Source of the DNA: Saccostrea cucullata | Taxonomy: Eukaryota | Direction of reading: 5' to 3' | Assembly: GCF_032062105.1 (NCBI RefSeq) | Contig: NW_026937303.1 | Span: 620,001-684,000, forward strand | Length of the DNA stretch: 64,000 bases | Shown: positions 39,501 to 52,750 of the stretch, piece by piece | Layout of the letters: every line of letters starts with the position of its first letter | Numbering within the stretch: the first letter of the stretch is position 1 | The notes under the pieces: model-generated | What the model was told of the DNA's origin: nothing | The model's database searches: none | The model's input: only the letters and a program-made list of their open reading frames with translations | Made by a program: the position numbers and the translations under genes

Positions 39501-42500
39501 ACCACATTGTCGACAAGGTACTCTGCTCAAGGCATCAGCATTTCTATGTTGTATGCCAGGTCGATGTTGGATCTGAAACTTCTATGTACTAAGGGTTTCT
39601 AACCATCTGGCTAGTAACTTAATCAGCCACCTTAACGAACCATGATCACTGCGAATCAAGAACTCTTTGCCATAAAGGTAGTGTTTAAAATGCTTAACGA
39701 AATGCACTACTGCTAAAAGTTCCTTTCTTGTAACGCAGTATCTGCGTTCACATTTCGTTAGTGTTCTACTGGCATAGGCTATGACATGCTCCTTTCCATC
39801 TACATTCTATGAGAGCACTGCCCCAATCGCTTGGTCACTAGCATCTGTGTCTAATATGAATGGAACAGTAAAATCTGGATGGGCTAGCACTGGGGACTGA
39901 ACCAAATGGTTTTTCAGACAATCAAATGCCTCTTGGCACTCTTGTTGTCCATGCAAATGGTTTCCCCTTCTCTGTTAGAATATGCAGACACTTGGCAGTG
40001 GCAGAGAAGTTTTTGATAAATCTCCGATAGTATCCGCACAAGCCCAAAAATGACCTAAGCTCTGTGACATTAGCAGGAATTGGCCACTCTTTTACAACTG
40101 CTATCTTGTTCGGGTATGTTGATACCCCTTGTTCTGAAACAACATGTCCGAGATATGTTACTTTTCGTGCAAATAGACAACACTTCTTGGCCTTCAGCTT
40201 TAGATTGGCAGTTCTCAGTCTTTCAAATACCTTTTCCAAATTGTCAAGCATTTGTTCGAATGTTTTGCCAGTGACAATTATGTCGTTTAGGTATATCATA
40301 CAAATGTCCCATTGCAATCCGGCAAGGACGCTCTCCATGAGGCGTTCGAAAGTTGCCGGGGCACAACTCAAGCCAAACGGCATAACGTTGAATTTCAACA
40401 AGCCTCGTCTTGAGGTAAAGGCGGTCTTTGGTTTGTCTGCAGATGCCATTTCAACTTGCCAGTAGCCTGAGCAGAGGTCGAGTGTCGGAAACCAGGTCGA
40501 CCCAGACAACTGGTCAAGTGACTCGTCAATCCTCGGGAGAGGGTATGCATCTTGTATAGTGCAACTGTTAAGGCGGCGGTAGTCAATACAGAACCCATAC
40601 GTCCCATCTTTCTTCCTCACCAACACTATTGGTGAGGACCATGGACTGTTGGAAGGCTGTATGACACCTTTTTCAAGCATGTCGTCTATGTTTTTGTCTA
40701 CTTCATCTGTCAGGTGAGCTGGTACCCTTCGTGGTCTTTGTTTAGGTCTACTGTCACCTGTGTCGATATGATGCTTGACTATTCCTGTCCTGCCAAAGTC
40801 CAAGCTATTTTCTGCAAACAAGTTGGTATATTTTAATAGAAAGCCTTCTTCCCGCTTCAACTGTGTAGGAGTCATGTTGTCCTTACTCTTATAAAGTAGA
40901 TCAGCTAAATCTTTGCGCAGAACGTTGGTAGTGGCTGATTCCTTATTTACAATTGAGTCCTTCACTGTGTCTATTTCAGCAAGTTGACCAGTTACGGTCC
41001 CAGAGTACACTACCTTTGACTCTTCTTCAACATTCATTAGTCTAACTGGCACAGTTTCTTGGGGATTTACCACTGTTCTCGCAGTTAGTGTGCTCTGCTG
41101 ATTGTTGTACTTGTCAACTGGTTCAATGATACTCTCGCAGTATGGCAGACTTGAACCCTCTGGAACGCACACTTTACCGGGAACAATTATCTCTATCCTT
41201 GGCGGAATGCTCACCGTCTTAGCTGCTGTTATTCTAAAACATCCAAGTGAACCTTCTATTGTCATTCTCTTAACATGACCATTGGCATCCAGAACTTCGT
41301 TGCTAACATCGACTTTGCAGTGATTTCTTTTCATAAAGTCTAGGCCCAATATGCCATCTGCCTTTAAGTTAGCAACCACTGCCTCATTGTGGTATGTCAA
41401 CTGGTCAATGTTAATATTGAATTCTGCCTTCCCATGAACAGACAGATCAGTGCCATTGGCCGACATGATGGTCTGATTTACCTCATGTAACTTCGGTCTC
41501 ACAGATGCTGGCAACTTCTTGTACAATGTGTCAGAAACAAGGGTAACAGTAGCACCAGTGTCTACTAGAAACTAAGCTTTTACCCCTTGAACATTTACAT
41601 CTATGTACAACCCACACTCCTCTATAGATGAACCGAGGCTTATGGACACCTGTGGTCCTGATGCTCTTTTTCCATCTCCGCTGGCCTGGTTCATAGATAC
41701 TTTTCCAGACATGTCATCTGACTGCATTTGCCTTCTCTTCAACTGAGGGCAGTTATGCCTGATGTGTCCTGGATTTTTGCATTCATAGCATCTTATCTCC
41801 TGCTTTCTACCACTTGCCCCTGTCTCTCTGTATCCATTGTCGTAAGGTCTTCTCTGGTTAGAGACCTTAAGTTCCCTGAGCTCTTCAGTTATGCTTTTCA
41901 TATTCTCTTTAATAGATTTCATCCAAATAGCAAGTTGGCCACTATTACATTTGTCAGGTTGTTCTTCAACAAAAGCTGCTCTCAAATGACCTTTGAGTTC
42001 TCTGTCTCTCCTCTCTACTCTGTTATAGGCCTCCAGTTCTACAGCAAGGCTAATTGCTTCATTCAAATTGGCAGGGCGTGACTGTTTGATTCTTATGCGG
42101 ATTTCAGAATCAATCAATGCATCAATGAATTGATCCTTTGCCGGTGTCTCACGAACTTCACCTGGTGCAGTTGGATAAGCCAAGTTGGTCAATCGTCTGA
42201 TGCTCTGGCCTAATTCAGAGAGTGTCTCTGTTGGTTTTTGTCTCCCCTCTTTAAGTTGTATCCGGTATAGGTCGGTTTGGTTTGGAGGAGAAAACCTTTC
42301 TCGCAGAGACCTTACAAGTGTATCATAATGTTGGCCTCTGTCAGTTGGTAAATCGCCAAGGACAGCCTGAGCTTGACCCTGTAATGATAAGGCTAGAAAC
42401 AATCCTTTCTTCTCTTCATTCCAACCATTCACATTGGCACAAGCCTCAAAGTGACACTTGTAGTCCAGCCAGGAGCTTGAACCATCGTATGTAGCTGGCT

Positions 42501-45500
42501 TGACTGTGAGCTTTCTCTCTCTATCGTCTCTTTCCGTCTGACGATATGGGTCAGGGACATATGGATCAGGGGATGACTGTCGCGTGTGTGTCCCTTTAGC
42601 CAAGTTGTCTAATGACCAGCTGTCATACTGTTTCTCTGCAACATGGCAATCATCGGCAAATCGGACTTTTGGTCTTACTCCGTCATATGGACGTCTGGAC
42701 GGTGTGTCCCTTATTTCTTTCTCTTCATCCCAATGACTCATTGTACTTTTCTTTCCTTGTGATCTGTTTTCTGAGATGATTCTCAATGTTCTGTCATAAT
42801 CAAATGAGTCATCTGACCGATGAGTTGCAAGCCCACCGCACGGCTTGTCACTTGGTCATGTTCCCTAGATATAGGCGTCGACTGGTCAAGGTGATACCTC
42901 TTTAGCTTTTCTTCCATCCTATCTAATGATTCCCTTAGACTATCTTCAATTGATTTATTACGTTCAGCCATACCTCCAGTAAAATCCCACCGCTGCCACC
43001 ACTTTTGTAACGTGTCGGACCTGAGCGGTCAGTAGGTCCGTGCTCGGATTACCGAGTTTTACTGGGGATATGATTGAATGCAATATATACAGATAATAAT
43101 ATGACACCTGCCTGGTGTCTTTAAATCAAATGACCTAAGTGCTTTGTACAATTATATATCTTCAGTTAATACCGGCACCTGCCTGGTGCCATATGACAAT
43201 TGCCTCACTATACCACTGACTATACAAGTCAACAGCCACCTGCCTGGTGCCTCTTGATTTAGCCTTTAACACCTGCCTGGTGTCTTACTGCTTACCAAGT
43301 TGCCTATACAACTCTAGTAAAGTGGCTACAATATACTTACACAGTATGATTTAACTTGTAAGAGCTTCTCTGTCTTAACGACAAACCTATAGCTAACGTC
43401 ACACAGCTCTATTTTAACTAGTCACTGACTACGGCAACTTTGCACAATCCGATATGATTGATGCAGCAACTGGTTTCTGTACCAAAGTGAAGACGCAAGC
43501 CAGTTGGCTGTACTGCCCCCTTGTACCTCCACTTAATCAATGATCATAAGTTTTCAGATATTATATTAGCAAAATACAACAAATTGCCTTTCTTTTGCCA
43601 ACACTATTATTATTTTCTAACAGAACATCATTTATCAATAATACTTGTATAATCTTTTGTCAATTGACCAATTAATTACAATATTTACATTGATTATCTA
43701 TTATAATACAAACAAGTAACGGGAGGTAACTCCTCCAACCATTTCACTTTAAAATCTTTGAAACAATGTCCACAAATACAAACTTGTTAATGAACACACA
43801 ACCAAATCAAAGCAATACTTCAAACAGAAGTACGTCAAAACCAAGACGTATCCTAACTACATTAATGGTAAATGGTTTAAAAACATAACTTGAAGAAAGT
43901 TGAAGGAAATTTGAAATGAAGTTCTTTAGGAGTTGAACACAAAATTTTTACAATAAAAAAAACTCCATCAGCATGTCGATCTGACGGACAGATTGGAGTG
44001 ATTCTAGACCTGATATCAAAGTTGAAGACAGATAAAGAGTTACAACAAAATAAGAATTGATATTCTAGCAAAAAAAACTCTGTTTGATTGAAAGATGAGC
44101 ATAAGTATATTATTTATAGTGAATTTTGCGAGCATTTTAATAAGAAGTCAAAATTCCGACTTTTTGTTTAATCAAACAAATATGTATTTTAGTATTTTTT
44201 ACATCACGTTTTAGGACAAATTTTTCTTCCTTCTTGAATCTCTTTCATCTTTTTTTCTTTCCGAAATCGCACTTACATCAGTGTTTTAAAATACTTTTTT
44301 TCTGATTTGAGGATGAAATGTACTTCTAAAAAGAAGCGTTTCATATCTTTCTTTCGATAATTTTTTTTTATTATTTAATACATTTTCACATTGATTTTCA
44401 CCAAAAGATTACAAAGACATAGACGTCAGATTATAATGATAAATTATTTTCAAAATGATTTACGTGTTTATATTCTATTCTTCCGTATACATGTACTTAT
44501 TTTTTCTTAATTTTAGATTATTCAGACTACCCTTTGTCTTTATTCAAGCCTATCACCGTACAGGATATCTCGGTAGAGCACTCGGTCCGTGATTGGGAGG
44601 TCGTGAGTTCGAATCTCGGCCGCGACGGACCTAAGTCAATAAAAATGGGTGGCAACTGCTCCTTCGCCATGAGCTCTGTACTTTGAAGTAAAAATTGCGG
44701 GCCGTTCTAATGAGACCTTAAAAACCGAGGCCCAGTGTCACGGCAGACGTTGGCACGAAAAAGATTCCTCACTGCTCAATGGCTCTGAGTGCCGAGTAAA
44801 GGTCAAAAGTTAAAGCCCTTCACCGGCTCTATTTGAGAGATAAATTCTCGAATGGGACATAAAACATTCAATATTCAAGCCATCTCTAATTTCTTTCACA
44901 TTTGCCTTCAAAACTGTTGATGCATAAGCTTCATCAAAGTCAAGATTTAAGTGATATGTTTAATGTTCTTTATTAGTGTCTCTCTGGATTTTTTCTAGTG
45001 TTGGCAACGAGTACCCGGTTAACCGGTTAACCGTCGAACGATGCGAGTATCGGTTAGTAAAACTGCTAACTCGGATTCATCTTATATGGTAAATCTAAAA
45101 AATAAAATGTTAATTTGTTTATAAGTGTGCAAATAAACATTTCTCTAATTTTCTTTACCGTTAGACTTAATGATCTATGGTTTCACTAATACAATTGGTT
45201 TTCAACTTAGTTGATAGCTTAATTGGATTGCCAGCAGGTTATACAAGTTTTGAAGACCCAAGTTATAATTCCCTCATTAAATGATTTAGATGCCGCCAAA
45301 GACATGTATAACTTGGAAGTATTTTAAAAGAACAGCTGATTCTATACCTGTAAAATGTAATTAATGTGAATTGGAGTTATCGTGACTTCAAATTTCTTGA
45401 TAATTATTCTCCTTGATCTCTGACATATATCGGGGGATTGTAAAATAGCGTGAAACATTGCATATTTATTTTTCTTCTGATTTAATTAATTTTTTGATTA

Positions 45501-47030
45501 TAATTATATTCAAAATTAATAACTTTATAAGTTTATAAATAAAGTTAATTCACAATACCTTTGTGTTTTATTAGAACCGACAGTAAAAGATGAGATGAAC
45601 CGGGTACTCGATCGGAAGAGTATGCGAGTAACCGGTTACTAAAAATCGTCCGATTTGCCAACACTAATTTTTTCAATTAATGAACAACATAGAGAAAACG
45701 AAGAGTATTCAATATCAAGTCAATAAAACAATAGAAAATGGGAGCAAAGCAAACACGAACCTCCAAAACATCAGAGGTGGGATCAGGTGCCATGGAGGAG
45801 TGAGCATCCCCTGCTGACCGGTCACACACCCCGTGTGCTCCTTGATCGGAAAATAACGGGAAAATCCGACATCAATTCAGTGTACAAATTATGGACTAGC
45901 AATAAGTATTGAAAATGTCAGTCAGCATTTGACTCAACGATGAATTCTATTTGCTGACAACGTCATTCTATCGACCAAAGAACTTACGAAATGATGACTT
46001 TAAACGAGACTGCTGATATTCTTGTTTCAATGAATTGTTGATTAATAATTTACCTCGTTTTAGAAATTGTTCATACGTAGAGCATGCTCTTGCGTATCGA
46101 ACCAACTGAGATATATAAACGTCTTATGTACATTGTAGGTGATGAAGGTATATTGCTGCCCAAGTAAGGGAAGTTGACGATAGAAAAGTTATAGTTATCA
46201 CGTTTATTATAGAGGTCTGTTGTTAGATTACTATTAACGTCTTTTCAAGTAAAATATCCAAGTTTGAAAAAGATGTGTCAGACCTCTTGGTATCTTTCAT
46301 CTCAAGCTCACCAGGATATATCGTATCGACATGGGAATGGAAATACCCATTGTTAATTGACAATACGTCGATATATCTAAATGTTGAGATAGGCCACAGC
46401 AAGTGTTTTCTTCTTTTCATGCATAAGATTTGGCACAAATTCTTCTTCATATGAATACAAAAATAGGTCTGCTTATAACGGAGGCCAATTAGTACCCACT
46501 GAGATTCCAATAGATTGTTGGAAGACCTGGCCCCCAAAAACCACATAGATTTTGTCAATCAGAAACTCAAGCATCTTTTTGGTGTCAACTTCAGTGCACT
46601 TGGGTGTGCAATTAGAATGTGTTTTATCAAAATAATTTTGCAAATGACCAATGACCAAGGACGTTAATTTACGAGTGCCATTTTTATTGAAAAAGTAGCT
46701 GTCAATGATATCAAAAAGCCTAGACTTTAATGTATCGTGGGGAATGGTTGTGTAAAAAGTTGAAAAGTTCGATTTTAAGTTTTTTAACAATGATTCATTT
46801 ATCTGCTCATGATGAACATCTATTTAGAGTTGATAATAAGAAATTATTATGTTTGTTTTACATTGGTGGTATATAATAGGTTAATGGAGACTATGAAGTG
46901 TCTGTAAAGTTATTGGAGTACAACAGAGACCCGGCCGATTGCTGTGATAGACCACTATTCTTTGGGTGTGACGAGTGTGACGTTTATTTCCAGATCTGCT
47001 TGAAACCATTACAACCAATACAATAGTAAA

Positions 47031-47088
<58 letters not shown>

Positions 47089-48264
47089 GCAGACTGGATT
47101 TGCTTAATCTTTTTATTATACGATGATAGTACAGGCATGAATAATTGAAAGAGTAAATGTCGATACAAACTACAAATAACGATTCTGGTAGATAAAAGAA
47201 TCTTCTTATGGTTCAAAGTTCTTGATCCGATTTCTTCTTGTAATTATTTCAGTCAAAAGTGCTATGGGAAAAATGAAAACCAGCGAGTTACCGAAACAAA
47301 TAACTTTTTATTCGCCGATAAACTAAACTCCGCTGATTCCTACTCCTGGAAAGACATCAGAGGGCAGGTAAATATACGTACATCAAAACTGTAGATCATA
47401 CAATGTATTAAGCAGTCAGTTATTTAATGCTTTTTTGATCTTTTTGTTCATAGCCGTCGTTTGATATTTCTGTTCATGCCTTTGACTTGGACATCACGGG
47501 ATCTGAGGATCTTGGGGTAACAACATACGAGGAGTATAGAGGTAACACAACTGACACAACTAAGAAAATGACTGTCACAACAGCACCTGGGAGAAACAAT
47601 TTACGGTAAGAGGAAATGGATTGATTCCTTCCTATTGATAAAAGCATGCAAAATGTTACTCAGTCATTTGTTCAAGAGAAAGTAATGAATAGTTCATAGA
47701 TAAATAAAATTCAAATACTGTAGACCCTTTTCCTATGACATATTTTGCCTAGGAGTTATTCCCCTTAGCCGCCATCTTGTAGGGCAGAGTAGTGAATTTA
47801 CCTCTTTGAGCAACCAATTTTAGATATGCATGCAAGAAATATATGTGGGAAAATATTTACAATTTTAAAATTATGAATTAATAGAAGCCTTGACAAACAT
47901 ATATTCATAAGAAAAATAGTGTTATCTTTACCTCATTAACCAATATAACAAATTGAACTTCGTTGAATAATGAAGGGATCTGGATATGTTGTCCTACAAT
48001 ATGGCGGCTAAGGGGAACAACTCCTAGACAAAATAAGTCATAGGAAAAGGGTCTATTGTTATACATGTATAAGTAGGACACTGGATTGAAGAAAATCATT
48101 ATCTATCTAAATACGTATAAATCAGGTTTAAATTCTTTTTTTTCTCCAAAAGGATAAAGTTAATCCTGGATGTTTCAAGTGGACAAGAAAGTGTGAATAC
48201 TCCAATAGAGAAATGGCTACATTTAGTTTTTGCTGTGTCCGCTGCCTCGTTGTTTTGTCTTTAG
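36551..48264 (+). CDS. Gene B3: signal peptide + C2/MNNL domain + GPI-anchor-like C-terminus (~192 aa)
   Basis: Exons 36551-36604 (MKAWIFVIFSLFAGFIFQ), 46880-47025 (VNGDYEVSVKLLEYNRDPADCCDRPLFFGCDECDVYFQICL..), 47253-47367, 47454-47605 and 48153-48264 (..VSSGQESVNTPIEKWLHLVFAVSAASLFCL*) are all GT-AG, in frame, with no stops. Confidence 0.82.
37068..43746 (-). mobile_element. Ty3/Gypsy LTR retrotransposon, decayed, in intron 1 of B3
   Basis: LTRs at 37068-37812 and 43006-43746 (about a dozen differences by eye), TSD CTTT, tRNA-Leu-type PBS TGGTGGCAGCGGTGGGAT at 42984-43001, PPT at 37813-37825. Confidence 0.95.
37914..42971 (-). pseudogene. Disrupted gag-pol of Gypsy element 2
   Basis: Gag with CYECKNPGHIRHNC; TAG just before FLVDTG; RT active site reads YLND; RH and IN split over several frames. 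Confidence 0.9.
44551..44871 (+). mobile_element. Near full-length tRNA-derived Deu/Nin-domain SINE
   Basis: A box (..CGGTAGAGCA), B box GAGTTCGAATCTC, AAAACCGAGGCCC core, TSD TATTCAAGCC (44541-44550, 44872-44881); empty site in the paralogous block near 49230. Confidence 0.85.
44996..45666. mobile_element. hAT-type non-autonomous DNA transposon
   Basis: TIR TAGTGTTGGCAA/TTGCCAACACTA, 8-bp TSD ATTTTTTC, subterminal AACCGGTTA/CGAGTA repeats. Confidence 0.85.
45690..46770 (-). mobile_element. Naiad-type Penelope-like RT fragment
   Basis: NFSTFYTTIPHD..MLEFLID..VFQQSIGISVGTN..FRYIDVL..YPGELEMKDT; the RT runs to the 3' end with no C-terminal GIY-YIG; frameshifted. Confidence 0.8.
47721..48055. 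mobile_element. MITE in the last intron of B3
   Basis: ~63-bp TIRs TAGACCCTTTTCCTATGAC..GCCGCCAT, TA at both ends; absent from the B2 equivalent intron. Confidence 0.85.
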
Positions 48265-51200
48265 ACAGTAAATACATCTCCTGCATGGGTTTGACAAATA
48301 CAAGGCTTTTTATGAATTTATTTGATTTTGAACCATTCAGTTTTTTAATGCTTAATCAACTATTTCTGTATCATATGATCTTGTCAAGTATGAAGATTTC
48401 TGTGCTTTTCCTTTTTAATAAACGATAGAATACTCTACAACTATACCTACAACGTGTAACACTAAACCAAATCAAAACAATACTTCAAACAGAAGTACGT
48501 CAAAACCTGGACGTACCCATAACCTTAAGAGTAAAATGGCTTAGGACATAACTTGAATAACTTGACAAATTCTGAAGGAAATTTGAAATGAAGTTGTTTA
48601 GGAGTTGAACACAAACTTTTCACGATAAAAACTCTATCAGCATGTCGATCTGACTGACAGACAGGAGTAGTTCTAGACCTGATATCAACGTTGAAGACAG
48701 ATAATAAGTTCAAACAAAATATTAATATTCTAGCAAAAAAAACACTTTTATTTTAAAAAGAAGAGAGCATAAGTACAACACTTGCAGTGAGTTTTCCGAA
48801 TATTTTAATAAAAAGTCAAATTTCTGAGTTTTTGTTTAATCAAACACAGATTTATGGTTTACTTTCTCTGTATTTTTAGTACTGTTTTTCACATCACGTT
48901 TTAGGACAATTTTCTTCATTCTTTTATCTCCTCCATCTTGTTTCCTTTTCAAAATCGCACTTATATATAAGTTTTTAAAGTATTTTTTTCTGATTTGAGG
49001 ATGTAACGTATATTACAAACATTCCTTCTGCGTTTCACATTTTTCTTTTGATCATCTTTTTTTATCATTTAATACATCTTCACAGTTATTTTAATCCAAG
49101 ATTAGAAGGACACCGACGAAGATTAAAAAGATAAATAATTTTCAAAATGATTTACGTGTTTGTAATTTATACTTCCGTATGATTATTATTTTCTTAATGT
49201 TAGATTATTCTGACTACCCTTTATCTTTATTTAAGCCATTCTCTCTTTTCTGTCGTATTGTCTTGCACGATTGGACCAACACTAGACCTGAAAACAAGCA
49301 GAGCATGCTTTTGCGTATCCAATAAGTTGATAAACGTATCTCCTCTCTCTATATGCAAGGTGAAAGTTTTTCAAAAGATGTAGTAGTAAAATAAAAACTT
49401 TATGTGTTAGACGTAATTATAGAACAAAAAGGTCAAATTAATTGCTCCTTAGTGCTAATCTTTTGCCCCTTTTTGTTTTGATTTTGTATTAAGCTATGTG
49501 TAGATTCTAAAAATTTACTTAACAGTAATTTCTCAATACTTTTGATGACAGGAGCCAATCTTCTTAAAATCAGATCTTTGCTACGCTCCGAAATTCTAGA
49601 TCTCACTTTTTACAGCGACCCTCAGAATTTCAGAACGTAACAGATATCTTATTTTAATCAGACTGACACACGTGATGGCTTCAAGAACCTCTTTCTGACA
49701 ACATCAATAATTGCAAACACAAGCATGTATTCATAGTTTAAGAATCTAAGTCTGGACACTTAAGCTTTTTCAGAAGAAGGATATGGAGATAACGAAATGT
49801 ATTCAATCTCAAAGTCCATTATTCAAAACAAAATAGAAGGAGAGCAAACACGAAACTCCGAAACATCAGATGGCTCATTCAAAAATTTCAAGGAAACTGA
49901 GCAAAAGACGTGATGTGATGAAAATCTTATTGTTCATCGACTTTAGACAAAACCTCATCAAAAGAGACATGTATGTTTGGTCTACCGTATATAATCGATG
50001 TCATTTACTACGCCTACTTCTATGTGTATTGTTTTAAAAAAATCAACACATTGGGGGTTTGAAAGATTACATTATGCAATCAGTCGTTGCAACCATACAG
50101 CAAAAGCAATGCCGTTAACATTTTGACAAATTTCCCATGATCGTAATCTTACTGAACACTGGCTCTCAGTAAGAAATATAAAAGATGTAACCCCAATCTT
50201 GATATATGACTTTTTGATTTATAATGCAATAAAATAGTAAAGAATGAAATATACAAATATTTATAATATATTCAGTATTGTAAAATCCACACATTAGTGC
50301 TTGAAAATATATGGTTACTTCATTGGCATAAAAAAATTTGCAACTGAATATGATTGTTGTATCTCCAGGATAAGCAGATACGCAAGATCTTGTTAGATAT
50401 TGAAAATATTCTATGATTTAAACAAAATGAAAGTTCTGAGGTTGACACAAGTAATACATGTTTTTATTATCTATTTTTATTTGTATTCCTTCTTTCGCGC
50501 TTTTACAGTCTTTTGGTACCTCACCATAGGTATATTCCTATATTTTTTAATTTGGTCTTTCGTTTCGTTCAAAAGCGGATAGGTGTCAGTTTTTAAGTAT
50601 TTTTCTGATTTACTTCCTCCGAAATTTGACTTCTTTCCATGAGACCGTTTTTTTCTTAATTTATCTTCTTCCATCTTGATTTCGTTTTCAAGATTACCTG
50701 AATATGAGTTAAGTATTTTGTTCTATTTTGTTTTCCTATCTTTCTTTCTTTTTTTTATTATTAATTTATATTATCTTCTTCTATAGCCAATATCCCATCT
50801 CTTCTTTCGCAATTTGGATGGACTACAGACTTAGAAAATTATTGAGTGAATGATTCTATGATAATTTTATCTTTAAGGTAGGATTCTTCTCTGGTTTCTG
50901 ACTAGATGGAATATTCAAAGTTTATTTGTTGATATGTCTTATATATTTAGATATAAGAGATTTAAAAGACCATATTTTTCTTTCCTCATCACAATTATAT
51001 AACTTTAAATAGAAATGGTAAACTGCGTTTGAAAACTAACAGGGACTATATTTTTGGCGGAATGGTGGCATATGAAAATATCTAAATATCTAAAATATCT
51101 ACTTTTCTGCCTCTCAAAATTATTATAGAAAATTGAATTTAATTATAATTTTTACGCAATCAAAGACTAGACGAAATTTTCAAATGTAAGTTAAATTAAA

Positions 51201-51829
51201 ATTAATAAAAAGAGACTAAAGTTTCAAAATATATCAAATAAATAAGATTTTTCACACATAATAGAACTATGTTCCCTTTTAAAGACTTCAAATCTAAGTA
51301 CAGATTTGAGCCAAAAATCCATAAAATGTTATTTCTCTCTAAGTAATCGATCAAAACTTTTAGTTTTTGTATCATTTTGTACCTTTATGTGACAACTTTA
51401 CTATATGTGAAAACTGGAAAAAGTTAAATATAGGAAGCATATAAAAATGACTAATAAATCCTAAAAATTTAAGAAAAGTAGAGGAAATTCGGATTAGCAA
51501 ATATCCATTTTATTTAAATGATCCATGTCAATTTAGTAATATCACCTTATAGGTCCTATATGGTAGTATCTTTTTATGCAAAAGAAAAACATTCAATCTT
51601 TTGAATTACAAGTAGGGATCGCATGATTGGAAACAATATTTTTTATTCTTAATGTCTAGGAAAAAGGTAATGACCTTGACCTGACCTTGCCTCTAATATC
51701 AATCGGTCAAATTTAATCTCACTGATACCATCACTTAGTGATATTGTCCTCTTGATTCTGTGAAAATTTCATTAATTTTTAAATACAAGAAATGTGAGAA
51801 GAATCCAACCTTAAATATGTTCGACTGTT

Positions 51830-52125
51830 CACGGTAGCTATAAGTCTATAGATATCTTGCTCTTTAACGGTAGGTCATGAGTTCGAATCTCCGACGAAAC
51901 TGACCTGAATCGATAAAAAAAAATGGGTAACTACTGTTCCTTTGCCATGTGCTTAGCACTTGAAGTAAAATTGCGGGCCCTTCGGATGAAACCTTATAAA
52001 CCGAGGTCCTGTATCATGACAGATGTTGGCACGATAAAGAACCCTCACTGCCCAATGGTCCTGGGTGTCGAGTAAAGGTCAAAATTTGAAGCCATTCATT
52101 GATATATGGTGACATCTCTACATGA
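51830..52125 (+). mobile_element. Older Deu/Nin-domain SINE copy
   Basis: B box GAGTTCGAATCTCC and AAACCGAGGTCC..GGCACGATAAAGAACCC core. Confidence 0.75.
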
Positions 52126-52750
52126 ATGGGGGTTTGTTCATGTTTGATATGAGTGTGCAAATAATTTATAAAGAGGACCAACACGTCAGACATGATATGA
52201 GACTTGTCTATGGTTGCTTTGAATAATCAGAGTATGAGAAAACTTGCACTGAAATCCCCTCCCAACTTGATAGTTTTTTAAATAGTTAAACTTTTGAGCT
52301 TCAATTCAAAACAATACACGATAATTGACATGGGAAAATCAGTATAAATATTTCGTGCGCACATAATAAACAATCTTATAACGTTGTTGTGAAATAATAA
52401 AAATACTAATGTATATGGAAATCTTATTTACATCAAAAAGCACTTTTCGTAAATTGTACTATGTCACATGTATGCAGGACTACATAGAATTAATACAATA
52501 ACACGGATTTTATTTAAAATGCTTTTTTTAGCTTTCAAGAATGAAGTGTACAATTCGATAAGTGAACCTTTTATACTGTATGATTTGTTTTCTTGAATAG
52601 TGTTTTGTTTTTCCTTCAAAACAATTTATCATTTAAGTCAAGCATTCGTACATTTTATTTATTTATTTGCATTTGTCAATTTATTTCCACGTTGTTTGCA
52701 TCCACAGAAATAATTTTAGTAATAAAGTTTTACTTAAACTATCTCTAGAC

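Noticed and set aside
43877-44071. Similar minus-strand ORFs at 43877-44071 and 48525-48713 as exons of a nested antisense gene
   Set aside because: Similarity is explained by local duplication; the third copy near 24600-24770 and indels break the frames, and no recognisable domain is present.
50477-50674. Lys-rich 65-aa ORF with a related stretch at about 58290-58460
   Set aside because: The second copy is frameshifted and low-complexity; more likely an old repeat remnant.
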